DNA of 64,000 bases. It comes from an uncultured Pseudomonadota bacterium (GTDB lineage: Bacteria > Pseudomonadota > Gammaproteobacteria > Steroidobacterales > Steroidobacteraceae). This document shows positions 35,809-46,528 of this stretch, one piece after another (the first letter of the stretch is position 1; every line of letters begins with the position of its first letter). Position numbers and translations under genes: made by a program. Below the pieces are notes generated by a model, which had not been told where the DNA came from, ran no database searches, and saw nothing but the letters and a program-made list of their open reading frames with translations. The stretch covers positions 2,922,665 through 2,986,664 of the forward strand of contig OY970272.1 of assembly GCA_963715725.1 (NCBI GenBank), given 5' to 3'.

Positions 35809-36912
35809 TCAGTGCACCCTCAGGTGGTAGACCGACAGGTTGTTGGTCACATCATCGATGACGGCATAGTTAAAGTCCTCATCGCGATCGCGGATGGTGT
35901 CAAGACCGAATGCCCCACCCTGACTGGCATCGACGTTGTACTCTCTGACGAAGCGGCCGTGCGTTGTGAACTCCACGATCCCGCTGGGATGAAGCACATC
36001 ACCATTAACCGCATCGCCGTTCGCGGCGATGAGGTTTCCGTTGGGGGCAAGACGCAATGCCAGTGGGCCGCGCAAATGAGCGTCCATGAATACCAATTGA
36101 CCCTTGGTAATGGCAGTGGACCTGCTGCTGGCGTGGCTCACCGAGTAGATCGCGTTGTCGGCTGTTGAGGCGACGAACAGAGTATCGGTAGCCTCATCCA
36201 GCGCGAGACCCGTTGGCCCCAGCACGAGTGCCGCCGGATCCCCGCGATGCGCATAGCCGGCTGCGATCGTCGCTTTGTGTTGTAGCGCCAAGGTAGCACC
36301 CGTCACCGCCACATCCAGTCGCGATACCGTACCGGTCAGCACGTTGGAGACGAAGATGTGCGCACGCGCTCCATCGTCATCGAGGGCCAGATCCCAAGGC
36401 CCATTCAGGAATACAGCATCGGTCCACGTGTTTAGCAGCTTACCGTGTCGATCGATAACCTGCAGGGCCCCCTGGCCAACCGTGGCGGAGGTCCCATCAG
36501 TGGTGGGGACATTGCCCACAATGACAAAGCCTGCCCGCAGGACTCCAAGGGCCGTGCTAAGTCCAGGCAATGAGCTTGTGAAGAACACATCCGCGGTCCC
36601 GGGGGGCGCCAGAGTTCCAGTCGGCGTCAGTTTGACGATCGTGGTGCCGGTGCCCTGAAGGTTGGCGGCATTGTTGAAGTTGCTTACCAGCACGTCGTGC
36701 GCTGCAATAGTGCCACCGCCATGGAAACCCTCCGGTACGAAAGCGACCCCGTAGGGATTCACGTCCCCGTTCGCGGGAATGGTTGAGGAGTTAATGAGTT
36801 GCGGGATGAAAGCGCCATCCTCGTCGGCCCAGGCGTACGCAGCCGTCAGGCTGATGGCTGTCGTCAGCGCTGCGGCGCTCCAAATGGCTTTGAGTGTGTT
36901 GGTTGGTCGCAT
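35809..36912 (-). CDS. secreted beta-propeller-like protein (NHL/YncE-like repeats)
   Basis: 367 aa. Signal peptide ..AISLTAAYAWA. Repeated Gly/Asp-rich strands (PYGVAF, PWDLALDDDG, PTGLALDEATDTLFVAS, PLALRLAPNGNLIAANGD). Confidence 0.6.
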   Translation of the reverse strand: MRPTNTLKAIWSAAALTTAISLTAAYAWADEDGAFIPQLINSSTIPANGDVNPYGVAFVPEGFHGGGTIAAHDVLVSNFNNAANLQGTGTTIVKLTPTGTLAPPGTADVFFTSSLPGLSTALGVLRAGFVIVGNVPTTDGTSATVGQGALQVIDRHGKLLNTWTDAVFLNGPWDLALDDDGARAHIFVSNVLTGTVSRLDVAVTGATLALQHKATIAAGYAHRGDPAALVLGPTGLALDEATDTLFVASTADNAIYSVSHASSRSTAITKGQLVFMDAHLRGPLALRLAPNGNLIAANGDAVNGDVLHPSGIVEFTTHGRFVREYNVDASQGGAFGLDTIRDRDEDFNYAVIDDVTNNLSVYHLRVH

Positions 36913-37012
36913 GAGCGGAAACCCCCTATGGCCGGAAGTACGGATCCTGGCGTCGCACTGCGCTTCAGAGCGGCGGCGTCTGTGGGTCTTGGCTCTGCGA
37001 ATTTGGGTTCTG

Positions 37013-38929
37013 ATGGCGCCTCATGCGCGACGTTCCCGTGCGGCAGAACGTTATGGCAATGTTAGCTTCGTGAAAGGTTGGCGGTTGCCACTGCTGTTGG
37101 CATCAGCAATCCCCCCGCCGGCAGTCGCGACCTGCACGCTCGCGCGGCTGGCAGAAGCGCCGGTCGTGATGGTAGGCATGCGCCCGACGGTGACGGCGCG
37201 CATCAACGGCGCGGATGCAAGGTTCCTCATCGATAGCGGTGCTTTTTTCAGCACACTGAGTCGAGCGACCGTCGCGCAGTTCAATTTGCGTCGGTCACTC
37301 GCGCCACCGCAGTTGCGAGTGCGCGGCGTCGGCGGTGAAACCATCGACCTGGCGCTCACCACCGTCAAAGACTTCACGCTGTTCGGCGTGGATGTACCAA
37401 ACGTCGAATTTCTGGTCGGCGGCAGTGAGGTTGGCGCCGATGTGGTCGGTATTCTGGGACAAAACATACTGCGCATTGCTGATGTCGAATACGACCTCGC
37501 CAACGGTGTAATCCGCCTGATGCGTGGCAAGGAGTGTGCAAAGTCAGCGCTGGCATACTGGGCCGGGAACCAGCCATTTTCCGAGATGGACATCGATTGG
37601 GCGACGCCGCAACGGCCCCATACCATGGGCATTGCTTATCTGAATGGCGTGAAGATCCACGTGATGTTCGATAGCGGTGCTGCCACCAGCGTGGTCACGC
37701 TGCACGGTGCACGGCGCGCCGGGGTAAAGACCGACGGACCGGAGGTGGCGCCTGCAGGCTTTGGCTATGGCATCGGGCAGCAGACAGTCAGGAACTGGCT
37801 GACGCCGGTTGAGAGCTTTAAGATCGGCGCCGAGGAGATCAGGCATACGCATCTGCGCCTCGCTGATTTCGAACTCGGAATGGCCGACATGTTGATCGGA
37901 GCGGATTTCTTTCTGTCGCATCGGATCTATGTAGCGAGCAGCCAGCGCAAGCTTTACTTCACGTACAACGGCGGCCCCGTGTTCGATTTGCGGCAGCTAC
38001 CGGCCCCCGCGCTTGCCTCATCCGCGGCTCCCACGACGGGTCCGGACGCTGAGCCAAGCGGCGCCGCTGACGCCGGGGCAGCCACGCAACCGGGCGAAAC
38101 ACGCAAGCCGGATGGGACTGGCGAGGCGCACAAAAGCGGTGAGGCGGGGGAGCCCGCGGATGCTGCAGCATTCAGCCGACGCGGCGCAGCCTTTGCCGCG
38201 CGGCGCGACTACCGGCGCGCAATCGCAGATCTCACGCAGGCCTGTGAGCTGGATCCGCATGAGCCCAGTTACTTCTTCGAGCGCGGGCAGGTACACAGTC
38301 GTAACGGCGACCCTGCTCTGGCATTGGCGGACTACGATCAGGCCCTGCGGCTTGATCCAGACTACCTGATGGCTCGGATGGCGCGTGCGGAGCTGCACCT
38401 CGCGACGCACGCAGTGCCGAGGGCACGCAGCGATCTGGAGGACGCCGAGCGGGTCGCACCCCGGCAGGCCAACATGCGCCTGCATCTTGGCGACCTGTAT
38501 GCGGCAGCCGGGCAGTTCGAGTCCGCCATCAGACAATACGATCTGTGGATCGAGTTCCATCGGGCGGACGTCAGGGTGGCCGATGCGCTCGCTGCGCGCT
38601 GCACCGCGCAGGCCTCCCTGAACGCCGAGTTGAACAAGGCGCTGGCTGATTGCGAGGCCGCCCTGCGGCGCCGGCCGGACAGCATGGCTTTCCTGAGCGA
38701 TCGTGCCCTCGTCGAGCTGCGGCTGCACCGCCTGGATCGGGCCATCACCGACTTCGACCGGGTACTGCACTCGGAGCCCCAGAATTCCTGGGCGCTTTAT
38801 TCCAGGGGCGTCGCGCGGGCAGAGAAGGGCGACAGAGCTGGCGCTCAGGCGGATATCAGCGCCGCACGCGCGTTGCAGCCGGATATTCTCGAGGTCGGCG
38901 CGCAGCGCCGCCTGCCGGCACCTCCCTGA
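37013..38929 (+). CDS. double retropepsin-like aspartic protease fused to TPR repeats
   Basis: Two clan-AA motifs (RFLIDSGAFFSTL, VMFDSGAATSVV). Ala/Pro/Gly-rich linker. At least 5 TPR-like units (RRDYRRAIADLTQACELDP..). Start uncertain (37013 ATG or 37070 GTG). The 5' part of the ORF-track ORF overlaps the neighbouring gene. Confidence 0.75.
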   Translation: MAPHARRSRAAERYGNVSFVKGWRLPLLLASAIPPPAVATCTLARLAEAPVVMVGMRPTVTARINGADARFLIDSGAFFSTLSRATVAQFNLRRSLAPPQLRVRGVGGETIDLALTTVKDFTLFGVDVPNVEFLVGGSEVGADVVGILGQNILRIADVEYDLANGVIRLMRGKECAKSALAYWAGNQPFSEMDIDWATPQRPHTMGIAYLNGVKIHVMFDSGAATSVVTLHGARRAGVKTDGPEVAPAGFGYGIGQQTVRNWLTPVESFKIGAEEIRHTHLRLADFELGMADMLIGADFFLSHRIYVASSQRKLYFTYNGGPVFDLRQLPAPALASSAAPTTGPDAEPSGAADAGAATQPGETRKPDGTGEAHKSGEAGEPADAAAFSRRGAAFAARRDYRRAIADLTQACELDPHEPSYFFERGQVHSRNGDPALALADYDQALRLDPDYLMARMARAELHLATHAVPRARSDLEDAERVAPRQANMRLHLGDLYAAAGQFESAIRQYDLWIEFHRADVRVADALAARCTAQASLNAELNKALADCEAALRRRPDSMAFLSDRALVELRLHRLDRAITDFDRVLHSEPQNSWALYSRGVARAEKGDRAGAQADISAARALQPDILEVGAQRRLPAPP

Positions 38930-39006
38930 AGTCGACTGCGGCCGTTCCGAACTTCGGGCGGCAATGATTGTTGTATCTTTGCCAGCTCCGCCCCATGGAA
39001 ATTCTG

Positions 39007-41667
39007 ATGAGTCAACCCACCATCGTCGTGACGCAGAACGCCGATGTCCGTTATCTCGGCAAGCTGCTGGGAGATGTGATCCGCAGTCAGGGCGGCGAGG
39101 CGCTGTTTCAGCGAATCGAGGCGATCCGGGCTGAATCCGTGGATCGTCACCGCGCCATCGAGAATCCCCGGGTGCCGAGCGTGCGGCTGGAGAGCCTGAC
39201 GCTCGATGAAACGGTCGCGTTCGTGCGCAGCTTCATGCTGTTTTCCATGCTTGCAAATCTTGCAGAGGATCGCCAGGGGGTCTCAGTCGGTCATCAGAGT
39301 ACGCTGGCCTCGGCGATGCACACTTTGAGTGCAGCAGGCATCGGTACGCAGAGCGTGTGCACCGTTCTGCAGAGTGCACTCATCGTTCCGGTACTGACGG
39401 CGCATCCAACCGAAGTGATACGCAAGAGCATGCTGGACCATCGCAATCGCATCGCGGAGCTGCTGCGACTGCGGGATGCGGGACGCACCGAGTCGGCGGA
39501 TGGAGAGCTACTCGAGGCGGCGATCGCACGACAAATCACGCTGCTCTGGCAGACACGGGCACTGCGCCGCGAACGCATCTATGTATCCGATGAGGTTGAT
39601 ATAGCGCTCGCCTATCTGCGCGACGTGTTCCTGCCCGTGATGCCCGTCCTGTATGCACGCTGGGAGCGTCAGCTGGGGCAGCGCATTCCCTGTTTCCTGC
39701 GGCCTGGCAGCTGGATTGGGGGCGATCGTGACGGCAACCCCCATGTGACGGCTGACTCGCTGCGCCTCGCGCTGGGGCGAGCCTCGCAGACCCTGTTGAT
39801 GGATTACCTCACACAGCTGCATGGAATTGGCGCTGAGCTCTCCATCTCCAGCGAGCTGGCACAGGTGTCGGCCGGTGTGGCCACGCTCGCGGCTCACAGT
39901 GGCGATACCAATCCAGTGCGTGCCGATGAGCCGTACCGCCGGGCCATCACGGGAATCTATGCACGCCTCGCCGCCACTTATCGCAACCTGACAGGTGCGA
40001 CTCCACCACGACCCGCATCGGTTGAGGGTGAAGCCTATTCTGAGGCCAGTCAGTTCGCGGCGGATCTGCGTACCCTGGAAAACTCCCTGGGGCTCAGCGA
40101 CTGCGGGGCGCTCACCCGCTTGATCCGTGCCGTGGAAACTTTCGGTTTCCACCTGGCGACGCTCGATCTGCGGCAGAACTCCGACGTGCATGCGCGGGTG
40201 CTTGCGGAGCTGCTCAAGGTGGCAGGCGTGGCACAGAGCTACGAGACCATGCCCGAACCGGAGCGAATTGCCTTGTTGCGCCGGGAACTGGCCAGTCAGC
40301 GGCTGCTCGCCAGCCCGTATGCGCGGTATACCGCGGAGACCGACTCTGAGCTTGCGATCATGGCGGCCGCGGCCGAAGCGCAGCGTCTGTATGGAGCACG
40401 CTGCATCACCAGCTACGTCATCTCCAAGAGCACGACCGTCTCCGATCTGCTCGAAGTGTATGTTTTGCTGAAGGAGGCAGGCCTGTACGGCGCCCAGCCT
40501 GAGCCCACAGCCGCCATCATGGCCGTGCCGTTGTTCGAGACGATCGAGGACCTGCAGCGTGCCGCAGCTGTCATGGCTGGCTGGCTGGCGCTGCCGGAGG
40601 CGGCGGCGCTGGCCGCGGCCTTCGGCTTTCAGGAGGTCATGGTCGGTTATTCGGATTCCAACAAAGATGGTGGCTATCTGACCTCCGTATGGAGTCTGCA
40701 ACAGGCTACCCAGGAACTGGCGCACGCCTTTGCAGAGGCCGACACCCGCTTACAGGTGTTCCACGGCCGCGGTGGTGCCGTCGGCCGCGGTGGCGGCTCT
40801 TCCTTCGATGCCATTCGCGCCCAGCCTCCTGGAACCGTACGTGGTCGCATCCGCATTACTGAACAGGGCGAGATCATCGCGGCGAAATACGGCACGCGCG
40901 AGAGTGCCGCCGCGAATCTCGAGTCCATCACCGCAGCCACCGTGTTGACTTCACTGGAACACGCGCCGCTTCCTAGCGGCATGCGCCAAACGTTTACCGA
41001 CGCCATGGATGTGCTGTCGCGCGAGGCGTTCCGCTCCTATCGGTCCCTGGTGTATGAGACGAAGGGCTTTGCGCAGTTTTTTCGTCAATCGACGCCGGTC
41101 CGGGAGATTTCCGAGCTGAAGATCGGCTCGCGCCCCGCCTCGCGTACCGCTTCCGAGCGTATCGAGGACCTGAGAGCCATCCCATGGGTGTTTAGCTGGG
41201 CGCAGGCTCGGGTGATGTTGCCGGGCTGGTACGGCGTGGGTCATGCGCTGCGGGAGTTTGCCGACAGCGGGCTGTTGCAACAGATGTTGGCGGAATGGCC
41301 ATTTTTCCGGGCCACCCTGGACAATCTCGAGATGGTATTGTCCAAGTCCGATATGAGCATCGCCGCCCTGTATGCCACGTTGGTGGAAGACCGCGCGATG
41401 GCCGACGCATTCTACAATCGCATTCGTGACCAGTGGCTCCTGACTCAGGAATCGCTGCTGACCGTGACGGGACAGTGCAGGTTGCTCGAGCGCCATCCTG
41501 CCCTCGAGACCTCGATCCGGCTGCGCTTGCCTTATCTCGAGCCTCTCAACCTGCTGCAGGTCGAGTTGTTGAAGCGGCATCGCGCCGGCGAACGCGAGCC
41601 GCAGGTGCGCGAGGGGATTCAGCTCTCCATCAATGCCATCGCCACGGCACTGCGCAACAGCGGCTGA
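39007..41667 (+). CDS. ppc: phosphoenolpyruvate carboxylase
   Basis: VRYLGKLLGDVIR N-terminus, VLTAHPTE, GYSDSNKDGG, FHGRGGAVGRGG, C-terminal ..ALRNSG. Alternative start at 38995. Confidence 0.95.
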   Translation: MSQPTIVVTQNADVRYLGKLLGDVIRSQGGEALFQRIEAIRAESVDRHRAIENPRVPSVRLESLTLDETVAFVRSFMLFSMLANLAEDRQGVSVGHQSTLASAMHTLSAAGIGTQSVCTVLQSALIVPVLTAHPTEVIRKSMLDHRNRIAELLRLRDAGRTESADGELLEAAIARQITLLWQTRALRRERIYVSDEVDIALAYLRDVFLPVMPVLYARWERQLGQRIPCFLRPGSWIGGDRDGNPHVTADSLRLALGRASQTLLMDYLTQLHGIGAELSISSELAQVSAGVATLAAHSGDTNPVRADEPYRRAITGIYARLAATYRNLTGATPPRPASVEGEAYSEASQFAADLRTLENSLGLSDCGALTRLIRAVETFGFHLATLDLRQNSDVHARVLAELLKVAGVAQSYETMPEPERIALLRRELASQRLLASPYARYTAETDSELAIMAAAAEAQRLYGARCITSYVISKSTTVSDLLEVYVLLKEAGLYGAQPEPTAAIMAVPLFETIEDLQRAAAVMAGWLALPEAAALAAAFGFQEVMVGYSDSNKDGGYLTSVWSLQQATQELAHAFAEADTRLQVFHGRGGAVGRGGGSSFDAIRAQPPGTVRGRIRITEQGEIIAAKYGTRESAAANLESITAATVLTSLEHAPLPSGMRQTFTDAMDVLSREAFRSYRSLVYETKGFAQFFRQSTPVREISELKIGSRPASRTASERIEDLRAIPWVFSWAQARVMLPGWYGVGHALREFADSGLLQQMLAEWPFFRATLDNLEMVLSKSDMSIAALYATLVEDRAMADAFYNRIRDQWLLTQESLLTVTGQCRLLERHPALETSIRLRLPYLEPLNLLQVELLKRHRAGEREPQVREGIQLSINAIATALRNSG

Positions 41668-41671
41668 GCGC

Positions 41672-43477
41672 ATGGACATCGCGGCTGCTCCCCGGCGCTC
41701 GAGCTCTCAGGTTGAGAAAACCTACGAGCTGCTGCGCAGCTGTCCGAGCGAAGCTGAACGCGTCATCAAGATGGCAAAGCTGATCCTGGCCATCTACGAT
41801 GAGTTCTACGCACAGTTATGTGAGTATCCGTATCGCGCCAAGCGCGCGTTCGAAACGATGGATACCCATGCCTCGATCCGCATCAGCAAGGAGCGGCTGG
41901 AGCTCTACAGCCGTTACATCGCGGAGCACGGCCCGCGCATTCTCGCAGCCTGGCCGGCGCTTGCGAACAACGCGACATTCTGGGAGGCCTTCGATCGCGT
42001 GTTTGTCGCGATGATCGTCGATCGCTATGAGGCGGATATCGCCTTCGGCTTCGCCCATTCATTGCGCCGTAACATCGACCAGAGCCTATGGCAGCCGGTG
42101 GCCTATTCCTGGCCGCCTCCGAGCAAGCGTCGTGCGTATTCAACTGCGTCCGTGCATCGGCGCCTGCCCGTGAACGGCGCAATCGACCTCGAGCTGATCA
42201 TCATCGCGCTGCAGTTCCCGCATTTCTCAGTGCCATTCCGTGATCTCAAAGGAGACGCGCAGCGCATCGTGGCACGTTTGCAGGAGCAGTTCGCCGCCGC
42301 AAACGAGGCGCTGCCGGTGGCGCTTGATGTGGTGGAAGCCGGGTTCTTCCGCGACCGCATGGCCGTGCTCGTGGGGCGCTGGGTGATGGAGGACGGTCGC
42401 TTCATTCCCTTCGTAGTCGCCTTCCTCAACAGCCCGGAAGGCATCTACGTCGATGCGCTGTTGCATCGGGTCGAGGATATCCATGACCTGTTCAGCTCGG
42501 CGCTCGCCAACTTCCACCTCACCACCCGACTGTATTATCAGACCTGCGTCTTTCTCTTCAGTCTCATGCCGCGACGGCCCTTCGGGCATCACTACTCCAC
42601 GATCGGCTTCAACCACGTCGGCAAAGTCGCGATACTCAACGAGATCATCGACACTGTGCGCGCCTCGGGCCAGCGCCTGCGGCGCTCCCCTGGAGCTGCG
42701 GGCACCGTGGCGCTGGGATTCACCCTGGATGCGTGCCAGTACCACCTGAAGGTCATCCGTGATCACCCCACGACCTCTTACAAGTGGGGCGACTTCCCTG
42801 GCGTTGCCGCGGTGCTGGAGAAGTACCGCGCGGTACACGAGATCAATCGTGCCGGCAGCATGCTCGACAATGTCATGTATTTCAATTTGCGACTGGACTG
42901 CGAGCTGTTCGAGCCGGAGTTGCTCGCGGAGCTCGGCCGCGAGGCTGCGCATAGCGTGCAGGTCAACTCGGACGGCGTGTTCATCCGCTCGCTGATCGTG
43001 CAGATGAAAATCACGCCGCTACCGGTGTATCTGGCGACGGCCAGCGAAAGTCAGATCGAGCTGGCGATCCGCAGCCTCGGGCATTGCATCCGCAATAACG
43101 CTGCCACCGATATCTTCAACAAGGACCTCGACTCGCGCAATTACGGTGTCGGCCGCTACGGGCGGGTGTTCCTGTTCGACTACGATGCCGTCGAGCGACT
43201 TACCGAGGTCAAGATCCGTACCAACTCGGACCGCGAGCCTGGTGAGGAGACGGTTCCTGACTGGTTCTTCGAGGAGGGCGTGATCTTCCTGCCCGAGGAG
43301 CTCGAATACGGCATGCAGCTCGGCAACGACCATGCGCGACGCTGTTTCCGCAGCCTGAACGCCGATCTGCTCAGCGTGGAGTATTGGCAGGACATCCAGG
43401 GGAAGCTGCAGCGCGGCGAAGTACCGGAGCTGCGGATGTATCCGCGGGTGACCAAACTCAACAGCGACGGCAGCTGA
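41672..43477 (+). CDS. aceK: isocitrate dehydrogenase kinase/phosphatase
   Basis: 601 aa. N-terminus AKLILAIYDEFYAQL and C-terminus VFLFDYDAVERLTEV..FPEE..YWQDIQ align with remembered E. coli AceK. Starts 4 nt after the ppc stop. Confidence 0.85.
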   Translation: MDIAAAPRRSSSQVEKTYELLRSCPSEAERVIKMAKLILAIYDEFYAQLCEYPYRAKRAFETMDTHASIRISKERLELYSRYIAEHGPRILAAWPALANNATFWEAFDRVFVAMIVDRYEADIAFGFAHSLRRNIDQSLWQPVAYSWPPPSKRRAYSTASVHRRLPVNGAIDLELIIIALQFPHFSVPFRDLKGDAQRIVARLQEQFAAANEALPVALDVVEAGFFRDRMAVLVGRWVMEDGRFIPFVVAFLNSPEGIYVDALLHRVEDIHDLFSSALANFHLTTRLYYQTCVFLFSLMPRRPFGHHYSTIGFNHVGKVAILNEIIDTVRASGQRLRRSPGAAGTVALGFTLDACQYHLKVIRDHPTTSYKWGDFPGVAAVLEKYRAVHEINRAGSMLDNVMYFNLRLDCELFEPELLAELGREAAHSVQVNSDGVFIRSLIVQMKITPLPVYLATASESQIELAIRSLGHCIRNNAATDIFNKDLDSRNYGVGRYGRVFLFDYDAVERLTEVKIRTNSDREPGEETVPDWFFEEGVIFLPEELEYGMQLGNDHARRCFRSLNADLLSVEYWQDIQGKLQRGEVPELRMYPRVTKLNSDGS

Positions 43478-43479
43478 GC

Positions 43480-45288
43480 ATGGCGGCCGAGGTGCAACCT
43501 GGATTCGGTCCCTGGCATCCCGGCATTCAGTCGCAGTTGCCGGCGGAGCTGCAGCATCTCTGCACGATCTTCCGGCCAGAGAATGTGCGCACCTCCGTGG
43601 CGGAAGCGCACGAGTTGCGGCTGCTGACTGGGCTGCCAGAGGCGCAGCTCGTCGCTTTCCGGCCGCAGCGGTTGGTGCTGCACGAGCTGCTGATCCGCGT
43701 GACCGCCAACCTCTCGGTTCCCGACGGTGAGCGCATCGAGGATCTCGGCATCAACTTCCGCGAGATGACGGGGTTGTTGCTGCAGCGCTATCTCGAGCCC
43801 GAGATGGGTGCAATCGTGAGCGAGTTCGACCGCGTGCACTCGCAGCTGCGCACGACCATCAGCGAGGTCCTGCAGACGCTGTTGACACCCGCGAGCTCAG
43901 GCGTGCGCGCCCGCGCCCAACCGCCGGGACTCTTCTCCCGGCTGCTGGGACGGCGCGCCCCTGCGACCCCCTCATCGCCGGTCATTGGCCGCACCTGGGG
44001 TGCGGATGAGATCCTGCAGTGTCAGCAGCTCGCGAGCACGAGCACCGATCCACTGCGGCGCGCCGCCTGCAGCGCGCTGGCGCGCCTGCTGTCGGCTCTG
44101 TTCACCACCAACGGACGGGCCTGGGGAACACACGAGCTGATCGTTGCCGTGGCGAGCGATCTGGCTGCCAACAGCTACGGTAGCGAAGTGATCGGAGCAA
44201 TGGTGGGGCCGATCGTGCGTCGCGCAGCGCAACTGGAGGACTACGGCGTGCTGCCCCGCCAGCAGTGCCCGCTCGTCATCAATACCAAGGGGCCATCGGC
44301 CTCGGGCAAGAGCACCCTGCGACCATTGCAGAAGAAGCTTGCGGGCGCACTCGGGGTGCGCTGGCGCGATTTCGCTTTGATCAGCCCTGACATCTGGCGC
44401 AAGCAACTGCTCGACTACGCCACGCTGGGCACCGCCTACAAGTATGCCGGTGCCTTTACCTCGCAGGAGTTGCAGATCATCGATCAGAAGCTCGACCGTT
44501 ATATGGCCCTCAAGCATTCGCGGGGCGACATGGCCCACCTTCTCATCGATCGCTTCCGCTTCGACAGCTTTGCACCCGACTCGGATGAGGCCGGTAGCAA
44601 TCTGCTCACCCGTTTCGGCCACTCCGTGTACCTGTTCTTCGTGATCACTCCGCCTGAGCAACTGGTCGAGCGGGCCTGGAAACGCGGACTGGAGGTGGGT
44701 CGGTACAAGGCCGTGGATGACACGCTTGCCCACAGCGTCGAGGCCTACACAGGCATGCCTGATGTCTTCTTCACCTGGGTGCGACGGACTGACAAGCACA
44801 TCCAGATTGAGCTGCTCGATAACAGCGTATCGTTCGGCGCACGGCCGCGCACCGTGGCCTTCGGTACAAACTATACGTTCAACATCCTCGATGTGGCGCG
44901 GTTGCTGGATATCGTGCGCTTCGGCCGCGTGGATGTGAATGCGACCGGCCCGGAGAAGTTATATCCCAACGCTGCACTGCAGGAGCCTGCGCACAACAGC
45001 GTCTTTCTGCAGCGCTGTATGACTTCATTCCGGACTGTCAACTTCGCCCGCCAGGACAGCGGCCTCGTATATCTGCAGGTGGAGGCCGGTGTGGCCCGCA
45101 CCGCCGACCGCGCTGCGCTGGCCGAGGCATTGCGCGACCCGCAGCTCGCAGCAGCGCTGCATTCCGTGCTGCCGGGGTTGCCCGCTATGGAGCTGGCCTC
45201 ATTCGGCCAACCCCGTTATCTCCAACAGATCGATCTGGTTCTGGCGCACTCAACACTCGGCGACTGGGGGAGCGGGGGCCCCGCATAG
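43480..45288 (+). CDS. uncharacterised protein with central P-loop (zeta-toxin/AAA-kinase-like) domain
   Basis: 602 aa. ATG sits 2 nt after the aceK stop. Walker A NTKGPSASGKST, Walker-B-like HLLIDRF. ~290-aa N-domain and ~120-aa C-domain carry no motif I recognise. Confidence 0.7.
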   Translation: MAAEVQPGFGPWHPGIQSQLPAELQHLCTIFRPENVRTSVAEAHELRLLTGLPEAQLVAFRPQRLVLHELLIRVTANLSVPDGERIEDLGINFREMTGLLLQRYLEPEMGAIVSEFDRVHSQLRTTISEVLQTLLTPASSGVRARAQPPGLFSRLLGRRAPATPSSPVIGRTWGADEILQCQQLASTSTDPLRRAACSALARLLSALFTTNGRAWGTHELIVAVASDLAANSYGSEVIGAMVGPIVRRAAQLEDYGVLPRQQCPLVINTKGPSASGKSTLRPLQKKLAGALGVRWRDFALISPDIWRKQLLDYATLGTAYKYAGAFTSQELQIIDQKLDRYMALKHSRGDMAHLLIDRFRFDSFAPDSDEAGSNLLTRFGHSVYLFFVITPPEQLVERAWKRGLEVGRYKAVDDTLAHSVEAYTGMPDVFFTWVRRTDKHIQIELLDNSVSFGARPRTVAFGTNYTFNILDVARLLDIVRFGRVDVNATGPEKLYPNAALQEPAHNSVFLQRCMTSFRTVNFARQDSGLVYLQVEAGVARTADRAALAEALRDPQLAAALHSVLPGLPAMELASFGQPRYLQQIDLVLAHSTLGDWGSGGPA

Positions 45289-45296
45289 CCTGAAGT

Positions 45297-45316
45297 GTGC
45301 GCCGGGCCCGGCGCAC
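45297..45316. terminator. GC-rich perfect palindrome between convergent genes (possible bidirectional terminator)
   Basis: GTGCGCCGGGCCCGGCGCAC is a perfect 20-nt palindrome. No flanking U-tract. Confidence 0.35.
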
Positions 45317-45334
45317 CGCGAACCTCGTTCAGTT

Positions 45335-46054
45335 TCACCCCAGAAAGTCGCAGGTACGCTCCACGTGCGCGGCCAGATCGAGCGTGTGCTGCCGTGCGAG
45401 GCGCTCGGCGAGATCGGTGTCTCGCCGCTCCAGAGCTTCGATGATGCGCAGATGATCGATGATGGAGCGCGCTGCCCGATCGCTCTGGGAGATCGTCGCG
45501 CGGCGTACCGCGCGCACATGCAGCAACAGGTTGCGCGTGGCATCGATGATGGTCTGTGAGCCACCGAGCCGGATCACCTCCGTGTGAAAGGCAATGTTGG
45601 CATCGGAGTACTCATCCAGATGTTCCGACGGGGGCGAATTCTGGAAGTGGTCGAAAAGATGACGCAGCTTGGCGATCTCCTCATCGGAGGCGGAGACCGT
45701 GGCCAGCCGCGCGGCCATCGACTCGAGGGCGGCCCACATCTGGATCATCTCGATGATCTGCCGCTTCGACTTGCGGATGATGTAGATGCCGCGCCTGGGG
45801 ATGGTGCGGATAAATCCTTCCTGTTCCAGCAACGACAGAGCCTCCCGAATCGGTGTGCGGCTAACACCCATGGCCGCAATCAGTTGGCGCTCGTCAAGTC
45901 GCAGCTCTTGCTGCGGATTATAGATGTCAGTATCGGCAATGGCCGACTTCAGCAAGGTGTAGGCCTGATCCCGCAGGCTGGTGGCATTCAGCGGGGTAAG
46001 GGAGAGTGAGGTTGTGGCGGACGCACGCTCGATGATGCTGGCTGTAGTGTTCAT
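45335..46054 (-). CDS. GntR-family (FadR/FCD subfamily) transcriptional regulator
   Basis: 239 aa. Winged HTH (ERQLIAAMGVSRTPIREALSLLEQEGFI) and a helical FCD-type C-domain. Confidence 0.9.
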   Translation of the reverse strand: MNTTASIIERASATTSLSLTPLNATSLRDQAYTLLKSAIADTDIYNPQQELRLDERQLIAAMGVSRTPIREALSLLEQEGFIRTIPRRGIYIIRKSKRQIIEMIQMWAALESMAARLATVSASDEEIAKLRHLFDHFQNSPPSEHLDEYSDANIAFHTEVIRLGGSQTIIDATRNLLLHVRAVRRATISQSDRAARSIIDHLRIIEALERRDTDLAERLARQHTLDLAAHVERTCDFLG

Positions 46055-46528
46055 GCCTCTGTCAATGCGCTCTGGTTACCAAATCCATCGCCACCGGCCC
46101 CATCCGAATGCGGACGGCCGGCCGCGGCCGATCCAGGAGATGCCTTGAGGCCGGCATCCCGGAAAGGACGCCGGAAGTTCGATGCTGCAGAGCGGCACAG
46201 GCTCCGGAGGCCGGAAACCGCCCGGGTCGCACCCCTGGTGGAGCGACCCGTCGCGACAGCATGTTTAAGATATATAAGATTATAGTTCGGTCCAAGCCAG
46301 CCATGCACTGCAAAAAATGCAGCATCGATGGCGGCTGCAAGGCGCGTCACAAATTTCTCGCCGCCGATACCGCTATCGAGAGCCCTTCGTCCCCTTGTAA
46401 CATATTGTTATCTCGGTGAATTTTTCCCCGCCCGACGACTTCGACAAGCGCACCCGCAGCAGCCTGCGGAACACACCCCACGAAGCACCAACTGTTCACA
46501 AAACGGCACACCCACTGGGGAGCCTCTG

